This document shows, in pieces, positions 63,089 to 64,000 of a DNA stretch of 64,000 bases (the stretch's first letter is position 1; the number at the start of each line of letters is the position of its first letter). The stretch lies in NCBI GenBank assembly GCA_951406725.2, contig OX597814.1, positions 83,638,001-83,702,000 on the forward strand. Direction: 5' to 3'. The translations under genes were made by a program, and so were the position numbers. This stretch comes from Octopus vulgaris. Its lineage: Eukaryota. The notes under the pieces were generated by a model. That model was not told the origin of the DNA. It did not search any database and worked only from the letters and a program-made list of their open reading frames with translations.

Positions 63089-63489
63089 CATTATTTACAT
63101 TTGACGGATATTTGTCCCCATCGTGTTTGTTGTTAACACAACGTTTTGGCTGATATACCCTCCAACCTTCAGCAGGTGTCTTGGAGAAAATTCGAACTGG
63201 GGTTCTCATTCCTAAGGTATTTTTCGTCGTCGTCGTCGTTGTCGTTGTTGTTGTTGTTGTTGTTGTTCAGGTCACTGCCTGGTCACTGCCAGGCAGTGAC
63301 CTGAATAATAATAATAATAATATCGAAAAATACCTTAGGAATGAGAACCCAGGTTTGAAATTTCCCCAAGACACCTGATGAAGGCTGGAGGGTATATCAG
63401 CTGAAACGTGTTAACAAACAAGATGAGAACAAATATCTGTCAAATGTAAATAATGCAAATAATTCCTCATCTTTTAAATATTGAACTGT
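63089..63489. mobile_element. Palindromic Penelope-type element with 13-bp TSD and two opposed hammerhead-like motifs (family A)
   Basis: Inverted arms 63089-63281 / ~63290-63455. TSD atggtgggatata at 63076-63088 and 63490-63502. CTGATGA-a-ggctg..cagct-GAAAC at 63375-63407. Confidence 0.8.
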
Positions 63490-64000
63490 ATGGTGGGATA
63501 TATATATATGCTATATATATCTTGTTGCCAACTTCCTTTGTTTTGAAGCAAAATAATATTTCCCCATGGCTGGCCATGTTTTTGTGGGAGATTAGTAACA
63601 ATAGCCACTGTATGACAGTGACGTCCATCTCTATTACAACTGTCACCACATGCCAAGACAAAGAGAATAAAGAGGCAGACACAACCACATGTACCCCCAC
63701 CACCACCACCACACACGTTTTTATGGCGGGACCATGTGTTCCATTGTGTTGTTACTTAAGTTTTTGACAACCAAATCCACTCACAAGGTTTTGTTAGCCT
63801 GGGTCTACAGTTGTAGACAATCAACCAAGTTGCCATGTAATGAAATTCAAATCAAAACCATTTGACTGTGAAGTAAACTTAATGACATTCAATGACAGGC
63901 TTCAGCACACTTTCCCTCTACCAAATTATCTCACAAGGCTTTTGAAGACATTAGCACCAAAATCCGTCCAGTGTGTTTAAACCACATGCTTGTGAAATGA

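Overview
AT-rich, repeat-dense eukaryotic genomic DNA. The SINE families, microsatellites and LINE tails look like an Octopus (coleoid cephalopod) genome; this is an inference from recognising the repeats. Two host genes are well supported and converge. One is a 5-exon DUSP22/DUSP15-type dual-specificity phosphatase (+, 16001-24109, 216 aa, MG-start, HCLSGVSRS P-loop). The other is an intronless WRAP73/WDR8 CDS (-, 33239-34585). The rest is mostly mobile DNA: a CR1-group LINE nested inside a decayed Ty3/Gypsy pol, a second 5'-truncated CR1-group LINE, hAT (Buster/ZBED8-like) and mariner-family relics, Tx1/L1 and RTE 3' ends, piggyBac-type TTAA MITEs, Helitron-like pieces, many tRNA-derived SINEs with target-site duplications, and a Penelope-like element (RT plus GIY-YIG). 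The most striking non-coding signal is a set of four sequence-unrelated families of minimal type-I hammerhead-ribozyme-like motifs. They sit in palindromic or tandem Penelope-type terminal-repeat elements and carry different core variants, including a G3:C8 swap of the catalytic C3:G8 pair at 46718-46764. Also notable are an in-frame upstream ATG on DUSP22 that would mask myristoylation, two SINE/LINE shared-tail pairs, and several templated-insertion scars. All coordinates were read by eye; repeat boundaries are approximate and no database search was run.
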